From positions 9,498 through 73,497 of the forward strand of contig JAUCBJ010004814.1 in NCBI GenBank assembly GCA_032718475.1: a DNA stretch of 64,000 bases. Direction: 5' to 3'. Under the pieces are notes generated by a model. That model was not told the origin of the DNA. It searched no databases and worked only from the letters and a program-made list of their open reading frames with translations. Shown here piece by piece: positions 37,174 to 50,933 of this stretch. Each line of letters begins with the position of its first letter. Position 1 is the first letter of the stretch. This DNA comes from Nemertoderma westbladi. Lineage: Eukaryota > Animalia > Xenacoelomorpha. A program made the position numbers and the translations under genes.

Positions 37174-37869
37174 CTCCCCCCCCCATGCTATCTTCCCAGT
37201 GAGAGGATAGCATCAACCTCAAGCGCGCTACAATTCCGCTGGAACCCAATCTACTATCGGGTGTGGGGTGGAGTTATTTTCTCAGGGTAGGCTTTCCAGG
37301 CCGCCCCCCTTTGGGTGTGATATTGCTACCCCTCCTTGGTGCAATCGCAACCTATGTTGCACCAAGATATCTGACGTCTCTGTTCGAGACAATTGTGGAC
37401 TCCTCTCAGACAATTTTATAAAACTTTGCTCTAAACTCACTCTATCCTCACTTCACTCTAACCCATATGGACCCTATCGCCCCTTACTCTCTCTCTCTCA
37501 CAGCTCGCTCCCCACATTTGAATTGCACCAGTCTACTTTCTGCGCACGTCAACACCTCTCCGTACCTCCCCCATGCTCCTCCTATACTCAACCCACACTT
37601 GTTTCACCCTACTCACTCCTGACAGGCCTCACCCTACCCTTTTGTGCCATCGCACTAAAGAAGTATGATTCGTCTAGTGTCCCGTCCTCCTGTCATAGTC
37701 AATTGGTCCCCAGTCCCAGTAGCTAGTTGAAAAAAGGGTTATATATGACTATAGTAATTACTCTGATTATATTGATTCTAATTATATTCTATTGATTATT
37801 ACATACGTACATACTAATTGCACTTTATTAATTTTTGCACTTAGGAGTTCGTATTACTTCACATGTGGT

Positions 37870-39750
37870 GCCTTCCAGGCATCCCCACATCTCCCCCTCC
37901 GAGTCCTAGTTCGCTCCTCCTGTCTTCAGGAACCATCTCAGTTCCTTCCCTCTATCATCGTCCTGTCTGGGTCGCTTCCTTCCCTCTGGCTTGTCCTCTT
38001 TGAGACTCCTCATTCTCGCCGTTACCGCCTTGCTAATTCCCGTGGTTGATTCCTTGGGCGCTGGTGTTACTAGCTCCCGATAACGCTTTGCAGGTGGCCC
38101 TTCTGAATGCCCCTCCTGCTTCCCCCTGGTAGCGTCCCACAAGATCATCTTCATGGTTCGCTGCACGTGCTCCACCAGAAAGTCTCTAATCTCTCCTCTA
38201 TCCTCCGGCGTCCATCTATCCAAATACCTCCGCATGTTGATAACTCATCCATACGATGCCATCGTCGCTACCTCTTGGTATGTAAATGGAAGTAAGTCTC
38301 CTCTTAATAATTTCCAGATGGGCCTCCTGATTGATGTTGAAGAAACCCCACCGGAACTCCTGGGCCTTCATTCACTGTCGCGTCATAACACCAACGTCGG
38401 CCCACTCCTCGAAGATCTTAAACTTCTCCTCGTCGTCCATACAGTCGCACTGGCGCCCATAGTGCCCTCGGAAGTTTCAATTTGAGCAGCGGTTGTGCAA
38501 CCTCGGACACGCTCCCATCCTGTGGCTCGACTCGCGGCAGTAGAAGCAGCTCGTCCCCTTCTGGAATCGATACAAATAGCTCTTTTCCTGGTGAGTCAGT
38601 CTCCTGCAGTAATCACAGTCTTTTGCCCCAAGCGGTCTCCTATGTCTGTGGAGCAGTTGGTAAGCAAACTTCTGGACGTTAACGTGCCTGTCCATGTCTA
38701 CATCCTCGGCTCGCCTCGGCATTGTCTCTCCAAACACTACCCTTGGTGCCATTCCTGGTTGCTCGCCCAACCTGATGGTGCTCCCCGCAAAATCCATCAC
38801 AGGCTCCTCGTGCACCCAGGTCCGCTTGCTGGGTTTATCCCAGAAGGCCCTCACCCTGCTGGCCATCACCACTCTCCCACCAACTCAGTCCGTATCTGAG
38901 TGGCCAATCCTCTTGATGGGCGGCATCTCCCCGAACTCGTTGTCATCCTCCTCCCCCGCTGGGACTGGGTCCAGGCCCGGTATCCCGGCAGACCCACTGT
39001 GTCCCTTCCCACCTTGGCTTTTGCCCATAACTTTCCATCCATGACTCTGGATGGCACATTCACAAGAATGCTACGCTGGGTTCATTGTGTCAAGTACAAT
39101 GCACACATCTCCAACCAGACACTATATAACATTGGAGGTGTCTCATTGTTTCCCCCAAGCTTGACACTAGAACAAAATAGCCTCCGCTTTGCAGGACATT
39201 GCTTTCGCCATGAGGTCAAGTCAGTGCATAATCTTGTACTTTGGCAGCCTCATGGAGTGAATAAACATGGTGGACAGCCCATGACTTTCTTGAGACGCAT
39301 CTTAAAAGACACTGGCCTTGAAGATGCGGATGATCTAGCAAATGTCATGGGTGATAGGGAGTTGTGGCAGTGCAATTTTTTTGACAAGCCGGCACAGCAT
39401 TCTTAAAAATGCAGCTGCAATGCAGCATGCCGATCCTAGTAGTAGTAGTTCCATCCTTCCTGTTCTCTCGGTCTCTTCCTCGCGAAATCGCCCTCAGAGC
39501 CCGCTGGCATGGGCATTGCTTGCAATCCTGATGTCAACTGTTTTGGCGATTCTTCTGTAAATCCTAGCTCCTCCCCCAGAAACTCGCCCGAGCTCCCTGA
39601 TCCCCACCTCAGCTCGTCCAAGTTCTGGGCCTCAAACCCATAATCATCTCCCCTAGCCTCCGCCTCTCTTTTGTCTGCCTCCCTCCTTTCTCATCTAGCA
39701 ACTTCTTCCAGTCGATTTTCCTCAAGTCTATCCGCTTCCAGCTTCTCCCA
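37870..39750 (-). pseudogene. 3' accessory ORF with acidic N-part and three zinc-knuckle-like motifs (split by RTE insert)
   Basis: CDYCRRLTHQEKSY, CFYCRESSHRMGAC, CSN*NFRGHYGRQC then FEEWADVGVMTRQ*...WGFFNIN. Confidence 0.7.
39041..39448 (+). mobile_element. 5'-truncated RTE LINE, second family
   Basis: LDGTFTRMLR, LRFAGHCFR, LVLWQP; (TAG)4 tail; TSD ttccatcc at 39033-39040 and 39449-39456. Confidence 0.9.
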
Positions 39751-39764
39751 CTAACTCTATCAGC

Positions 39765-42700
39765 TTCTCTGATATGGTGTATCCAACTCCCTGTCTACTA
39801 GATGCTGGCAGTTGTAGTACACCGACTCGCCATCTTGAGCGTCTTGAGCGCATCGATAAGTGTTGCCATACACATCGCCTGTGCTTCCAATGGGTTCGAC
39901 GGATGCTGTACAGACTCTTCTGTTGGGTGCGGTTCGCCCGTCGGGCCTGTTGATTTTTTCTGTGTGGGATATATCATTGGGGGTAACGGCCCCCTCCATA
40001 TATCCGTGTCGCACGATCTGTTCTAGTCCAGGGGGTTCAATGTTCTTGTCCTCGGTTGAGTATATTGCTGATATTGTAATTTGGGAATGTCACCCCCCCC
40101 CCCCCACCACACCGGTGTTGTGTTTGGTACTGGGGTTGATGTTAATATATTGAGGCCCATACACCTATCGGCAATAACTCCCCCCTCCCCTGGGTATATG
40201 TTATATCCCTGCATAATATAGTCATACTGGTGTGCAGGTACCGGTATAGGCCTATCCACTTACTGGCTACCTACCGGTATGTACGCCGCGGCTTCCGGAT
40301 CTAATCCCGTTGTTTGCGCTACCCTATTGCCTACACTATCTCTTCCAGCATGGCCTATAGTATGTGCAGTAAGACCTACAGTATGTCCTGCAGTCTGCCT
40401 GTGTCCTTCCGGACCGAAGTTTAATCTTCTCGAATATTCCAAGAAGTCCTCCCCACGACCACCGTACTCTCGATCGGCAGCTACATCCCGTTGGGAAGTT
40501 TCTCTTCGATCCCCTCTCCTGTCCTCGTCCTCATGCCGGTACACCTATATACGGCATACCTTCTCCCGGTGTATAGTATATCTCGCCAGGCTGCGTCTCT
40601 CCAGGGCGACGGCAATCTCCTGGAGTTCGACCCCACTGACTCTCTAACTCCATCTCTACTACCGACGGTTCGCTGTCCGTTCTCACTCTCCGGTTGCCCG
40701 CAGCAACACTTCTTCTATTCTCTTCACTTCTTCTCTCTTCAGTGTAGCGTTCCCACTCATGAGATCTCTCTTTGACTTCCCGGTTAAACTCCACTGTTCT
40801 TCTTCCATTTTCCGACTGGGCTCGACGTCTTGTTGCTCGCCCGCTCATGACGCCAACCTCTCTCACTCTAGCAGGTTGGATGCTGCTGGGGATATTCGCA
40901 ATCCCCCTACTATTCCCCGTCGTCGTGTGCTGTGGTTCACCTAACTCGCCCCGCATATTATCCTCCGATGCTTGTGGGGCATTCTCTGCCCCCCCCCCCC
41001 CCCCACTCACCACCTATTACTTCACTACCTCCTACGACCTCCTCGACGCCCTATCTCTACTGCGGCTGGGTCTATTCACCCCTGCCTCTCCCTCTATCAC
41101 TGCGTGCGTGGCCTTGCAGGCTTCCGTCGGGTTGACTCACCACCACTCCTCCCTGCCTAACTACGTGGCCTTGCAGGCTCCCATCAGGGTGACTCACCCC
41201 TGCTACTCCCTGCGTACTAACTACGTGGCCTTGCAGGCTCTCGCTGGTCGGACCACCTACGTTTGCTGCGTTCGTATGAATAGCACCGTCATCAACAATA
41301 TTACCGTCTAAATAATTTGGATTATTTAAATTATTTTGTTCGGAATTCGGATTATTATTTAAATTATTTTGTATATTTAAATTAGAATTATTTGAATTAC
41401 TTTGCATATTTAAATTAAGATTATTTGGATTATTTTGTATATTTGAATTTAAATTATTATTTGAAATATTTTGTGCGTTTAAATTAGGGTTATTATTTTG
41501 TATATTTAAATTAGAATTATTATTTTGTATATTTAAATCAGGATTATTTGGATTTAAATTATTATTACCAGGTAAATTATTTCCTGCAATGAAAGTTTGA
41601 TTAGGGTTGTCTACTACGGTACTATTAATATTAATGCCTTCTAACGTATTATTATTACCCCCCCCCCCCCTTCCATCCCGCCCGTACAGTTACACCAGTC
41701 TTGGGTCTGTCGTTTGGTGCCTGTAAGTGGGGTATTAACAAATGTCTCCATTACTTCTGGCTCCTCGTAAATACTACCCGAGCCAGCCCCACTCTCAGAT
41801 AGTCCCAACTGCGCCAGTTCTAATCGGCGCTTTTGCTTAGCTTGATATTGCATTTTCCCCTTAACTGGGCATGCATATCATCCCGCATACGTTTCCCCGC
41901 TCTCTCTCTCTCTCTCTATCCTCTCGCAGACATTGGTCGGCCAACTCTGCCTCCCTCGCCTCCTGCTCTCTATGCTCATTCTCTACTTTCGCCTCTCGCT
42001 CTCTACGCCCATTCTCTACTTTCGCCTCCCGCTCCTCACGCTCTCTAAATTTTCTCTCAACCCTCTCAGCCCTCTCTTTTTTCTCTCTCGCCAGCTCTCT
42101 CTCTCTCTTTCTCTAATAGTGTGGTTCCCTCATCCAGCTGCCTCTCCAACTCTTTCTGGTCTAGCACCACTATGTCTAGTTGACACGCCAGATCTATCTT
42201 AAACACCCTTCTTGTTTTTGCGGAGGATGTAGCGGACTTATCGTTTGCGACGGACTCCCATCACCTCTCTGTCCTACTAACTTTTCCCCGCTTTCTGGGG
42301 TTCTCGCTAACTGACAAGACCGAATCCTCGGGGTTAACCTCGGGTTCGCCCTCGTGCGGATCCGCCCAACCCACTAACTTAATTCCTATAGCATCCACTA
42401 AGTACGGCCCTACATACACTACTTCAGGCTCCATAACCCCGGATCGCCACAGTTCGAATAGTTCGGTGGTGACTCCCACTCACTCTCTCACTCGCCAGTT
42501 CTCCATGTCCAAAGCGGACTAAATACCAGAAATGTTCGTTAGACTCACCTAGCCTTTGGTGTAATTTAGGCTGGTCTACCGTTCCTCCCTCTCTGGCCTC
42601 CCTCAGTAGTTTCTTGGTGGCTTGTAGGCCCGTCGTAGCCGATTTCTCGTCCCGACGTCCTCTTCACCGATATCTCCTCCTCCTCTTCTCGTTCGGCGTC

Positions 42701-43000
42701 GTACCGGCGGCCCCACTGTCACCATTCCGGTGGGCCGTCCATCGCCCTCGGCATGTGGCTGGCCGGCAACTTCGGTATTCCGACCGCCGTTGTGCATCGA
42801 CTCGTCCCTGTATCTTTCATCCGTCATGGTTGACGGCTGCCCTCTGCTTGGGGTACCGGATCATCCCTCGTCAGCGAATCCGGCTTCGCAGGTCAATACC
42901 GTCTCGTCGCGGCCTCGCGGATTGTTTGGTTGGTGTCATCCGGGGTCCGCGGCGGCATCCTCTCTCCCTCTGATAATCGGGGTTCCCCTTGGCTCATCTT
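39765..43000 (-). pseudogene. gag: degraded gag N-terminal region of element B
   Basis: Homologous to 4070-7832 (YVGPYLVDA.GIK.VGW, EVNPEDS, TFVNTPLTG, N-rich block, GHTVGLTAHTIGHA). Confidence 0.85.
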
Positions 43001-43050
43001 TACTTTACTTTACTGCAGTCACAGTTTAGTAGTTTTAGGCAGTTGTTTAC

Positions 43051-43699
43051 TGTGGCGGGATCGAAGATCCCAACCGGGTTGATGTTTTAGGCATCACCGC
43101 TCTACCACAGGGATGCTGGGATGGTGCTAAATAACTTGGCTGAGGCCGTTGCAGGAAAACAATGAGAGTCCGGTGTTGTCTCTTTGATATCATAAAATAA
43201 CAATAGCACAAAAACTCGTGGTAGAAGTACAGATATGATGTGTACCGTTATGTTGTATCAGTAAACGATGATGGTAAACAACTGATACCAGTCTGCACTA
43301 ACTGAGAAATTAACTAAACTGAGTCACAAACTGGTAGCAGGAGATAATATATGATTGATATACCAATATTGCCACACACCTACGCTACCTTGGCCTGTTA
43401 CCTAACGAATGCTCTCCTTTACCCTAATCTCCCACTTGTCACCCTTTCACCCTCTGGGAGTGTTTCCCCCCTGCTGCTAGCCTCTACTAGCTGTGTCCCC
43501 TCCGAGGTGGTTTGACTTCTAACCTTCCTTTGTGTGTGGCTTCGGGGTTTGTACAGCCCCCCCCCCCCCCCCCCCCCCCCCGAATGTTGGTTGTGATACG
43601 AGATTAATATTCCTAATCTCGTATCTCCAACATATTGCTCAAAAAATGCCACTGCCCTATTTTGTGGTGGGTAAGCAAGCGGAGTTGAATCCGCTTACA
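43051..43699 (-). repeat. 5' LTR of element B
   Basis: TGT...ACA; homologous to 36505-37173 and 7901-8440. Confidence 0.88.
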
Positions 43700-43819
43700 A
43701 TGTCGGCCAGTAATTTCTTTCACGGTGGAAAATCAGTTCAATCAATTTAAAATATAAATTGGGGAAGATAGTAAAATTGAGCATGGCTTAAAATAATATA
43801 TTACATAAATATAATAAAT

Positions 43820-46800
43820 ATAAGTATAGTTGAGAGTTGGAGTAAGGTTTATTCAATGGGAGAGTCAGCAGGACAGTTCCGATAGAGGAGGGCTGAGGAG
43901 GCAGTCCATAGCATGTTAGCGGTTCCTGCAAGGTCCATCGCAGAACTGACAGATACAGCTGTCTGAGAACTCGTGGAATGGGGTTGGGGTGCGACAGAGT
44001 ATGTGATGGAACCCATGAGCCGTTGTCCTGGTAACAAGCGATCTGTTCCTTTGACCAGGCCATTTCCATACGGATGTGGAAAAAGCCGGTCCGCGTAGAA
44101 AACCCTGAGCTTGGAAATTGGCGATTCGTTCGCGACGGTGATCTTTATAAAGTTCTAGAACATCGCTATCGAAAGTTTCTGTTGACCTGGAGTATATATC
44201 TACAACAAATGAGTTCTTACCAACGAGTTTCATAGCTAATGTCGATGATGCCGATATATGTTTCCCTAACATACGCTTTATGAAGGTGGATTTGATTTTA
44301 TCAATTTCTAGCAGATGTGATAATTTCAGATAAGGAGCCATTTCATTCATAGAGTATGTTGCCATAGGTGATATTTTCGATTTGAATATCTCAATTGCAG
44401 TTTCAACAGAGAGGAGATGTAATAGATTAAGTGATCCTATGATACCGTATGATTTTTTCTTTTTGGATTCCATATGTTGTGTGAAGCATAATGATGGCTG
44501 TAATGTAACAAATAGGTATTCATAAGAGTTGGTAATACTGACTTTGTTGCCTCCATAGATAAACTGGTCAGCGTCACATAATTTCCCACCGTTTCAGAAT
44601 TTTAGAATTTTGGTTTTAACTAAGTTTACCTCCATACCATTTTCGATACACCAGGTATATAAAACATTGAGTCCGCGTTGTATATCATTTCTGTTACTGG
44701 AGTAGAATACCAGGTCATCCGCATAGAAAATAAATTTTAGGCAGGATACTAATTGGCGTAGTGCATCTGCTAGATCGGAGATAAATATGATAAAACATGT
44801 AGGCGAGAACGTATCTCCTTGCAGAACTCCTCTTAGTTGCTGTATAATACCAGATAGACTGAGTCCGTCGTAGATACGAATTTGGTTGTGTAGTAAGGCC
44901 CTCACTATATTATATAGCTTCCCCTTTATCCCATGTAGATATAATTTCTGGAGTAGCTTCGCACGGCTCACGAAATCAAAGGCCTCACAAAAATCCACAA
45001 ATGCGGCATATGTTACTCGGTTGTGGGGTGTGTTTGCTTTGAAAGAGTTTGCTATGTCTGAAAGGAGGATTTTGATGGCCTGGGCCGTGGACTTTCCATG
45101 GATGAAACCATATTGCTCTGGTGGGAATTGTCTGGATACGTACTGTCGGACACAGTTATTTATTAGTTTTGTGAAGGTTTTTAAGAGAACACTGAGGAGT
45201 GCAATGCCGTGGTAGTTGTCGGGATTGTTTTCTGAACCTTTTCCCTTGTAAAGTATTATTATAATGCTTTCTAGCCAGGTCGTGGGTAGCTTCGCAACAT
45301 GTAAGCACATATCAATGTGAGTAGAACAAGGATATAAGGTATTGACTGTTTAATGTGCTCATAGTATATTCTGTCTGGTCTGCAGGCCTTTCTGTTTGCA
45401 GCATCGTTAACAGCCGCTCGGACTTCCTCATGGTTCGTTATACCATTCACCATTGTTGCACTCTGTTTCAGCCATGGTGGGTATTTCTCCGCAGTTAGGT
45501 GGGTTGTTGTCGCAACCGAGTAGGTTCTGGAAATTGGATTCCAGATGTTGAGCGGGAATGGGTGCAATGGAAAGTGTATAATCTTTAAATAGGGACCATG
45601 GTGTGATTTCCGCCTGTTTTATCTTTTTAAGTATTGCCTCGTTCTCGTATGTTTCTCTTTTGGACTTGATGAGTTTTTTATATTGTTTACGGGTATTCCA
45701 ATAATATTGAGGTATACCCGTAGTGCTGTATGTGTGCATAGAATCCAATAAGTTCGCCTTCACAATTCTGCACTCATCATCAAACCACGGTTTATGATGT
45801 TTCCTTTTATTTTGTTTCAAAGCTTCAGCGGAGTCTATAATTAGCTTAGTTAGCTTAGTAGTTGCCTAATCAACGTCTTTAAATTTCAAAAGATTATCAA
45901 TTATGACAGTAATTTCACCATATTGATCAAGTTTGCAAATATCTATTTTCCGGTTTAGGGGGGGGGGGGGGGGGGGTGGCCTTTTTAGTATGGCTTGGTG
46001 TGGATTTTCTCGGGAAGTATTAGTCATTGAGATACTCTGGTGCTTTCTAATTGGTTTATATAAAACGTCGATCTGAGGTGGCTCTGTTGGAAGGGGGGTG
46101 GGATACTTGATATAGAATAAATCGATGGTGCTGTTACCCTGGGGCGATATACAGGATATGTGTGGATATCCACCGAGTTTAGAAGAATAAACCCGAGGTT
46201 CTGTAGGTGGTCCGTTAGATCCGTGCCACGATTCCATGCATCAAGCCGACAGTTAAAGTCGCCACCAATAGTTATCGCGATGTTTTTATATGCCATTGTG
46301 AGAGCCTGATTCAGAGTCAGGATAACCTCTTCGATAGGTACATCAAGAGGAAAGTAAAATACGATGTAGTATGACTGCTTCGTTTCCACAATAATAAACT
46401 TAGTAGATTTATTGATTAGTTCTGGTTTTAGTTGGGGTTTGCATAAAATGATTAAACCGCCTTGGGGCCGTCCTCTCTGTGGTTTTACTGCGGGTTGCGA
46501 GTACATGTAGCAGCCGGGGAAGGGTTTATGGTCAGGGGGGTCTGTCACTACCAAAGTTTTAGTTAGCATTACAACATCGCAGTTATCTAGGAGTTCCGAT
46601 CCGTTTCCGTTTATGGTTATGTAGTTCAGCCCTTCCACATTCCACATAGATACCTTTGTGTGTCAGATCTAGGCAGGGTTCGGAGATGCACGTGCGCCTT
46701 GAGCAGGGTTTCATCTACGGAGACCAAACGTCTCTCGTTCCTCATCGGTTAGCGAATAATTCCTAATCATGGTCCCTTCCGGCCACACTGCGGGGTCCAT

Positions 46801-47400
46801 TAAGGATTGCGTGTACGCGAGTCAGGATGGGGTCCTTTCGGGATCACATTTGTAAACTGGATATGGACTTCCTTTAGGTGGTCGCTGACTTCCTCTGCAG
46901 TGACGTACAATTCGAATCGACTGACATGAACATGAGCTTTTCTTGGGTGTTGGCCTGTAGGAGGATTGGTTGGGCGTGGGGCTATACACAGTGATCCACC
47001 CGTCCTGTTTCCTCGGATTGGCTGGTTCTAGGTTCGATTTCGGTTGCTGGTTGGGCGCCGATCCGCCAGTCAAGGCGCCACAGTGTCAGCCCGTGTGGGT
47101 GGGTTGTGTTCCTCCTAAATGGCGTTCCTCCTCTAGATTGATGCTCTTTTTTCCTTTTATTACTCTAAATGTCGATATAATATCATTCTGGATGCGAACA
47201 AAATCTTCTGCTGCCATTATTTAATTATAAATACAAGTACAGCAGTAGGTAGGTAAATCAGTAGTCCAGTGCATATATTAGTGCGCAATGCAAAAAAAAT
47301 GAATTCCAGTAAACATATGTTCTCAACATATTATAGTGTAATAAATAGATATGTAAAGGCATCTCCAATGTCTCGGTTATCACTCATTAATTTGTTTGTT
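43820..47400 (-). mobile_element. near full-length degraded APE-type LINE (RTE-X-like; clade uncertain)
   Basis: WNVEGL, GGDFN, STIDL (APE); KPWFDDEC; AAFVDF..AFD, GVLQGD..SP, YADDLV (RT); C-terminal Cys/His cluster; AATAAA near 43850; ORF1 remnant at about 46660-47220. Confidence 0.88.
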
Positions 47401-49188
47401 TTGGATATCACTCATTAATTTGTTTGTTTTGTTTTGCAGGCAGATGTCGCGCAATTAGTCTGACACCGAGAGACACAGAAAAGACCAGCAAAACCTTTAC
47501 CCTATTAAACCCGGGGGGGGGGGGTCAATATGACCCTTTCGTGGATTTTTATTATACTTCTGAAACAAACGCAGTTGTGAATCTGAAATTTTATGACTTT
47601 TCCTAAAAATCGATTGTCTTCCTAGTAGTGAAAACCGTTTTCAAAAATATTTGGTAGTTTTCGAGTTATAGCACCTTTTTTTAACCCTACTTTTGGCACT
47701 TTTTTGAGACGTTTTTTGAAAATTACATTTGATTAAATATTAATTGTAACACCTCTATTTTTGATTTACACCGGTTTTTTGGTGTTAGCAATTGGATGGA
47801 ATTCATATAAATTGATTTAGAAATTTCAAACTTGTTTTTTTCGGCGGGTGCCAAATTTTGGTGCCAGCACCAAATTTTGAAATATTTCAATTTTGTAAAT
47901 TGATTATTTGAAACTTGTTTTTTCCGCAATTGGTGTTTTTTGGGGTTCTGGTTTCGATGAAATATATACGAGTTGCACCAAACGTATCAAACTTGTATTT
48001 TTCGGTGCTGTGTGCAAATTTTGGTGCTAGCACGAAATTTTGAAAATCCATTCAATAGATAAAATTGCTTGTGACAATTTATTTCTTGCATTTTAAAGGT
48101 TTATGGCTGTTCTGAATTCAATGGAATATATAATTATCAAACTAGACATCTCAAACTTGTATTTTTCGGAAGTGGGTGCAAAATTTGGTGCTAGCACCAA
48201 ATTTTGAAAACCACCAAATCTGTCAATTGATTGTGTCATCTTGTTTCTTGCGTTATACGGGTTTGTTAGGGTTCTGAATTCAATGGAATCAGTAAAAATT
48301 TCATAAGAGTTTTCAAACTTGTATTTTTCGCTGGTGGGTGAAAATTGTTGTTTTGCACCAAATTTTTGAAAATGAGTAAATTGATCAGTAGATAGTATCA
48401 TCTTGTTTCTTGCGTTATACGGGTTTATGAGGGTCCTGAATCCAATGGAAATAATTAAAACAGCACTGGACATCGCAAACTTGTACTTTTTGGTGATGGG
48501 TACGAAATTTGGTGCTACCCTGCAAACCACCAACGTTAATCTAACGTTGGGTTTATGTTAGACATTCGTTAAAAAATGACAGTTAGAATTTAACCATAAA
48601 CCTACGTTAAAATACGTTAGAATTCTGTCAATTTTTAACGTTAATTTTTTACAGTAATTATACGTCAAAAATTTACAAATATCGGACAATACCATATTTT
48701 TTAACGTTACTTTAACGTTAATTTTTAACGTTAATTTTTTACAGTAATTATACGTTAAAAATCAACAGAGATCTGACATTTACAAATTTTTTAACGTTGA
48801 TTTAACGTTAATTTTTAACGTTCATTATTAACGTTAATTTAGCATTAAAATACATCAGATTTTAACGATGATTAGTGAATCACTTAACTGATTCATCAAT
48901 GGATAACATATCTATGTCTAGCTGACCATCCGCTGACTTTGTTCATTTCTTATTTTGTTAAATTTTTATGTTACTTGTGTAATTTTTTAAATATTATTTT
49001 TAAATATTTGCCTTACTAGTCAGCATCTGTGTACCAGTACCAAGCGTACAGTATAAAAGTACAGTAAGTAAGCGTACGGTAGAAAAAGGGTGGAAAGAAG
49101 GATCTAGAAGATGCTAGTGGGGCTGTAGCCGATAGCGAAGATGAATGAATATTATATATCGATACAAACTTGGCCCTAATTACGTTAC

Positions 49189-50420
49189 GGATAACTTTAT
49201 GAAACTGGATGTACGTTTCGGTTAACTTTATGAAAGTGGATGTACGTTTCGGTTAACTTTATGAAACTGGATGTATGTTTCGGTTAACTTTATGAAACTG
49301 GATGTACGTTTCGGTTAACTTTATGAAACTGGATGTACGTTTCGATTAACTTTATGAAAGTGGATGTACGTTTCGGTTAACTTTATGAAACTGGATGTAC
49401 GTTTCGGTTAACTTTATGAAACTGGATGTACGTTTCGGTTAACGTTATGAAACTGGATGTACGTTTCGGTTAACTTTATGAAACTGGATGTACGTTTCGG
49501 TTAGCTTTATGAAACTGGATGTACGTTTCGGTTAACTTTATGAAACTGGATGTACGTTTCGGTTAACTTTATGAAACTGGATGTACGTTTCGGTTAACTT
49601 TATGAAACTGGATGTACGTTTCGGTTAACTTTATGAAACTGGATGTACGTTTCGGTTAACTTTATGAAACTGGATGTACGTTTCGGTTAACTTTATGAAA
49701 CTGGATGTACGTTTCGGTTAACTTTATGAAACTGGATGTACGTTTCGGTTTACTTTATGAAACTGGATGTACGTTTCGGTTAACTTTATGAAACTGGATG
49801 TACGTTTCGGTTAACTTTATGAAACTGGATGTACGTTTCGGTTAACTTTATGAAACTGGATGTACGTTTCGGTTAACTTTATGAAACTGGATGTACGTTT
49901 CGGTTAACTTTATGAAACTGGATGTACGTTTCGGTTAACTTTATGAAACTGGATGTACGTTTCGGTTAACTTTATGAAACTGGATGTACGTTTCGGTTAA
50001 CTTTATGAAACTGGATGTACGTTTCGGTTTACTTTATGAAACTGGATGTACGTTTCGGTTAACTTTATGAAACTGGATGTACGTTTCGGTTAACTTTATG
50101 AAACTGGATGTACGTTTCGGTTAACTTTATTAAAGTGGATATACGTTTCGGTTAACGTTATGAAAGTGGATGTTCGTTTCGGTTAACTTTATGAAACTGA
50201 ATGTACGTTTCGGTTAACTTTATGAAACTGGATGTACGTTTCGGTTAACTTTATGAAAGTGGATGTACGTTTCGGTTAACGTTATGAAAGTGGATGTACG
50301 TTTCGGTTAACTTTATGAAACTGGATGTACGTTTCGGTTAACTTTATGAAACTGGATGTACGTTTCGGTTAACTTTATGAAACTGGATGTACGTTTAGGT
50401 TAACTTTATGAAACGGATGA
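49189..50420. repeat. 31-bp tandem satellite, about 40 copies (GGTTAACTTTATGAAACTGGATGTACGTTTC)
   Basis: Direct inspection; homogeneous centre, diverged edges; no spacers. Confidence 0.98.
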
Positions 50421-50933
50421 GTCCGGTAGCAACCTACGGGTCTCTGAACTATAGATCTAAGCCTAGCCTCCCATTGATTAATAAAAATTCCACACATTTC
50501 CAATTCCGAATTCCAAAAATTTCACATTTCTAAAGCCTACTTTATAGTGTTATAGAAATTAAATTCAGAATTTCATACAAGAAAAAATCATACATAATTA
50601 TTGATTTTTTCATTGATCAATTACACGAGATTATGAATTTAAGCTTCTGGTTTTAACACTTGAATTTGTTCAAAATTACATTTCACTGTATGTAACTGGC
50701 AATTTGAAAATCTATCGTAATGTGATAATAACGTGTATTATATTAATATTATATCTAATACATAATTAAAATGTATACATAATTATTATATGTAATATTG
50801 ATTAATCATAAGTAATGTATTAATTGTGAGTTAATACAATATAATTTTGTCAATATTAAATGGCAAAGTTGTCTTCGGCCGTTAGGCCAGGGAAAACATT
50901 ACGCACAAAGTCTGACGACTTGTTTCCAGATAA

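Larger units (their letters stand above)
36505..43699 (-). mobile_element. BEL/Pao element B: pol-less, LTR-bounded, probably chimeric
   Basis: Related but diverged LTRs at both ends; polypurine tract at 37174-37184; gag colinear with element A and truncated at about 39765; flanks do not form a TSD. Confidence 0.8.

Noticed and set aside
49189-50420. CRISPR-like 31-bp repeats
   Set aside because: Units are contiguous with no unique spacers, there are no cas genes, and the context is eukaryotic TE; it is a satellite.
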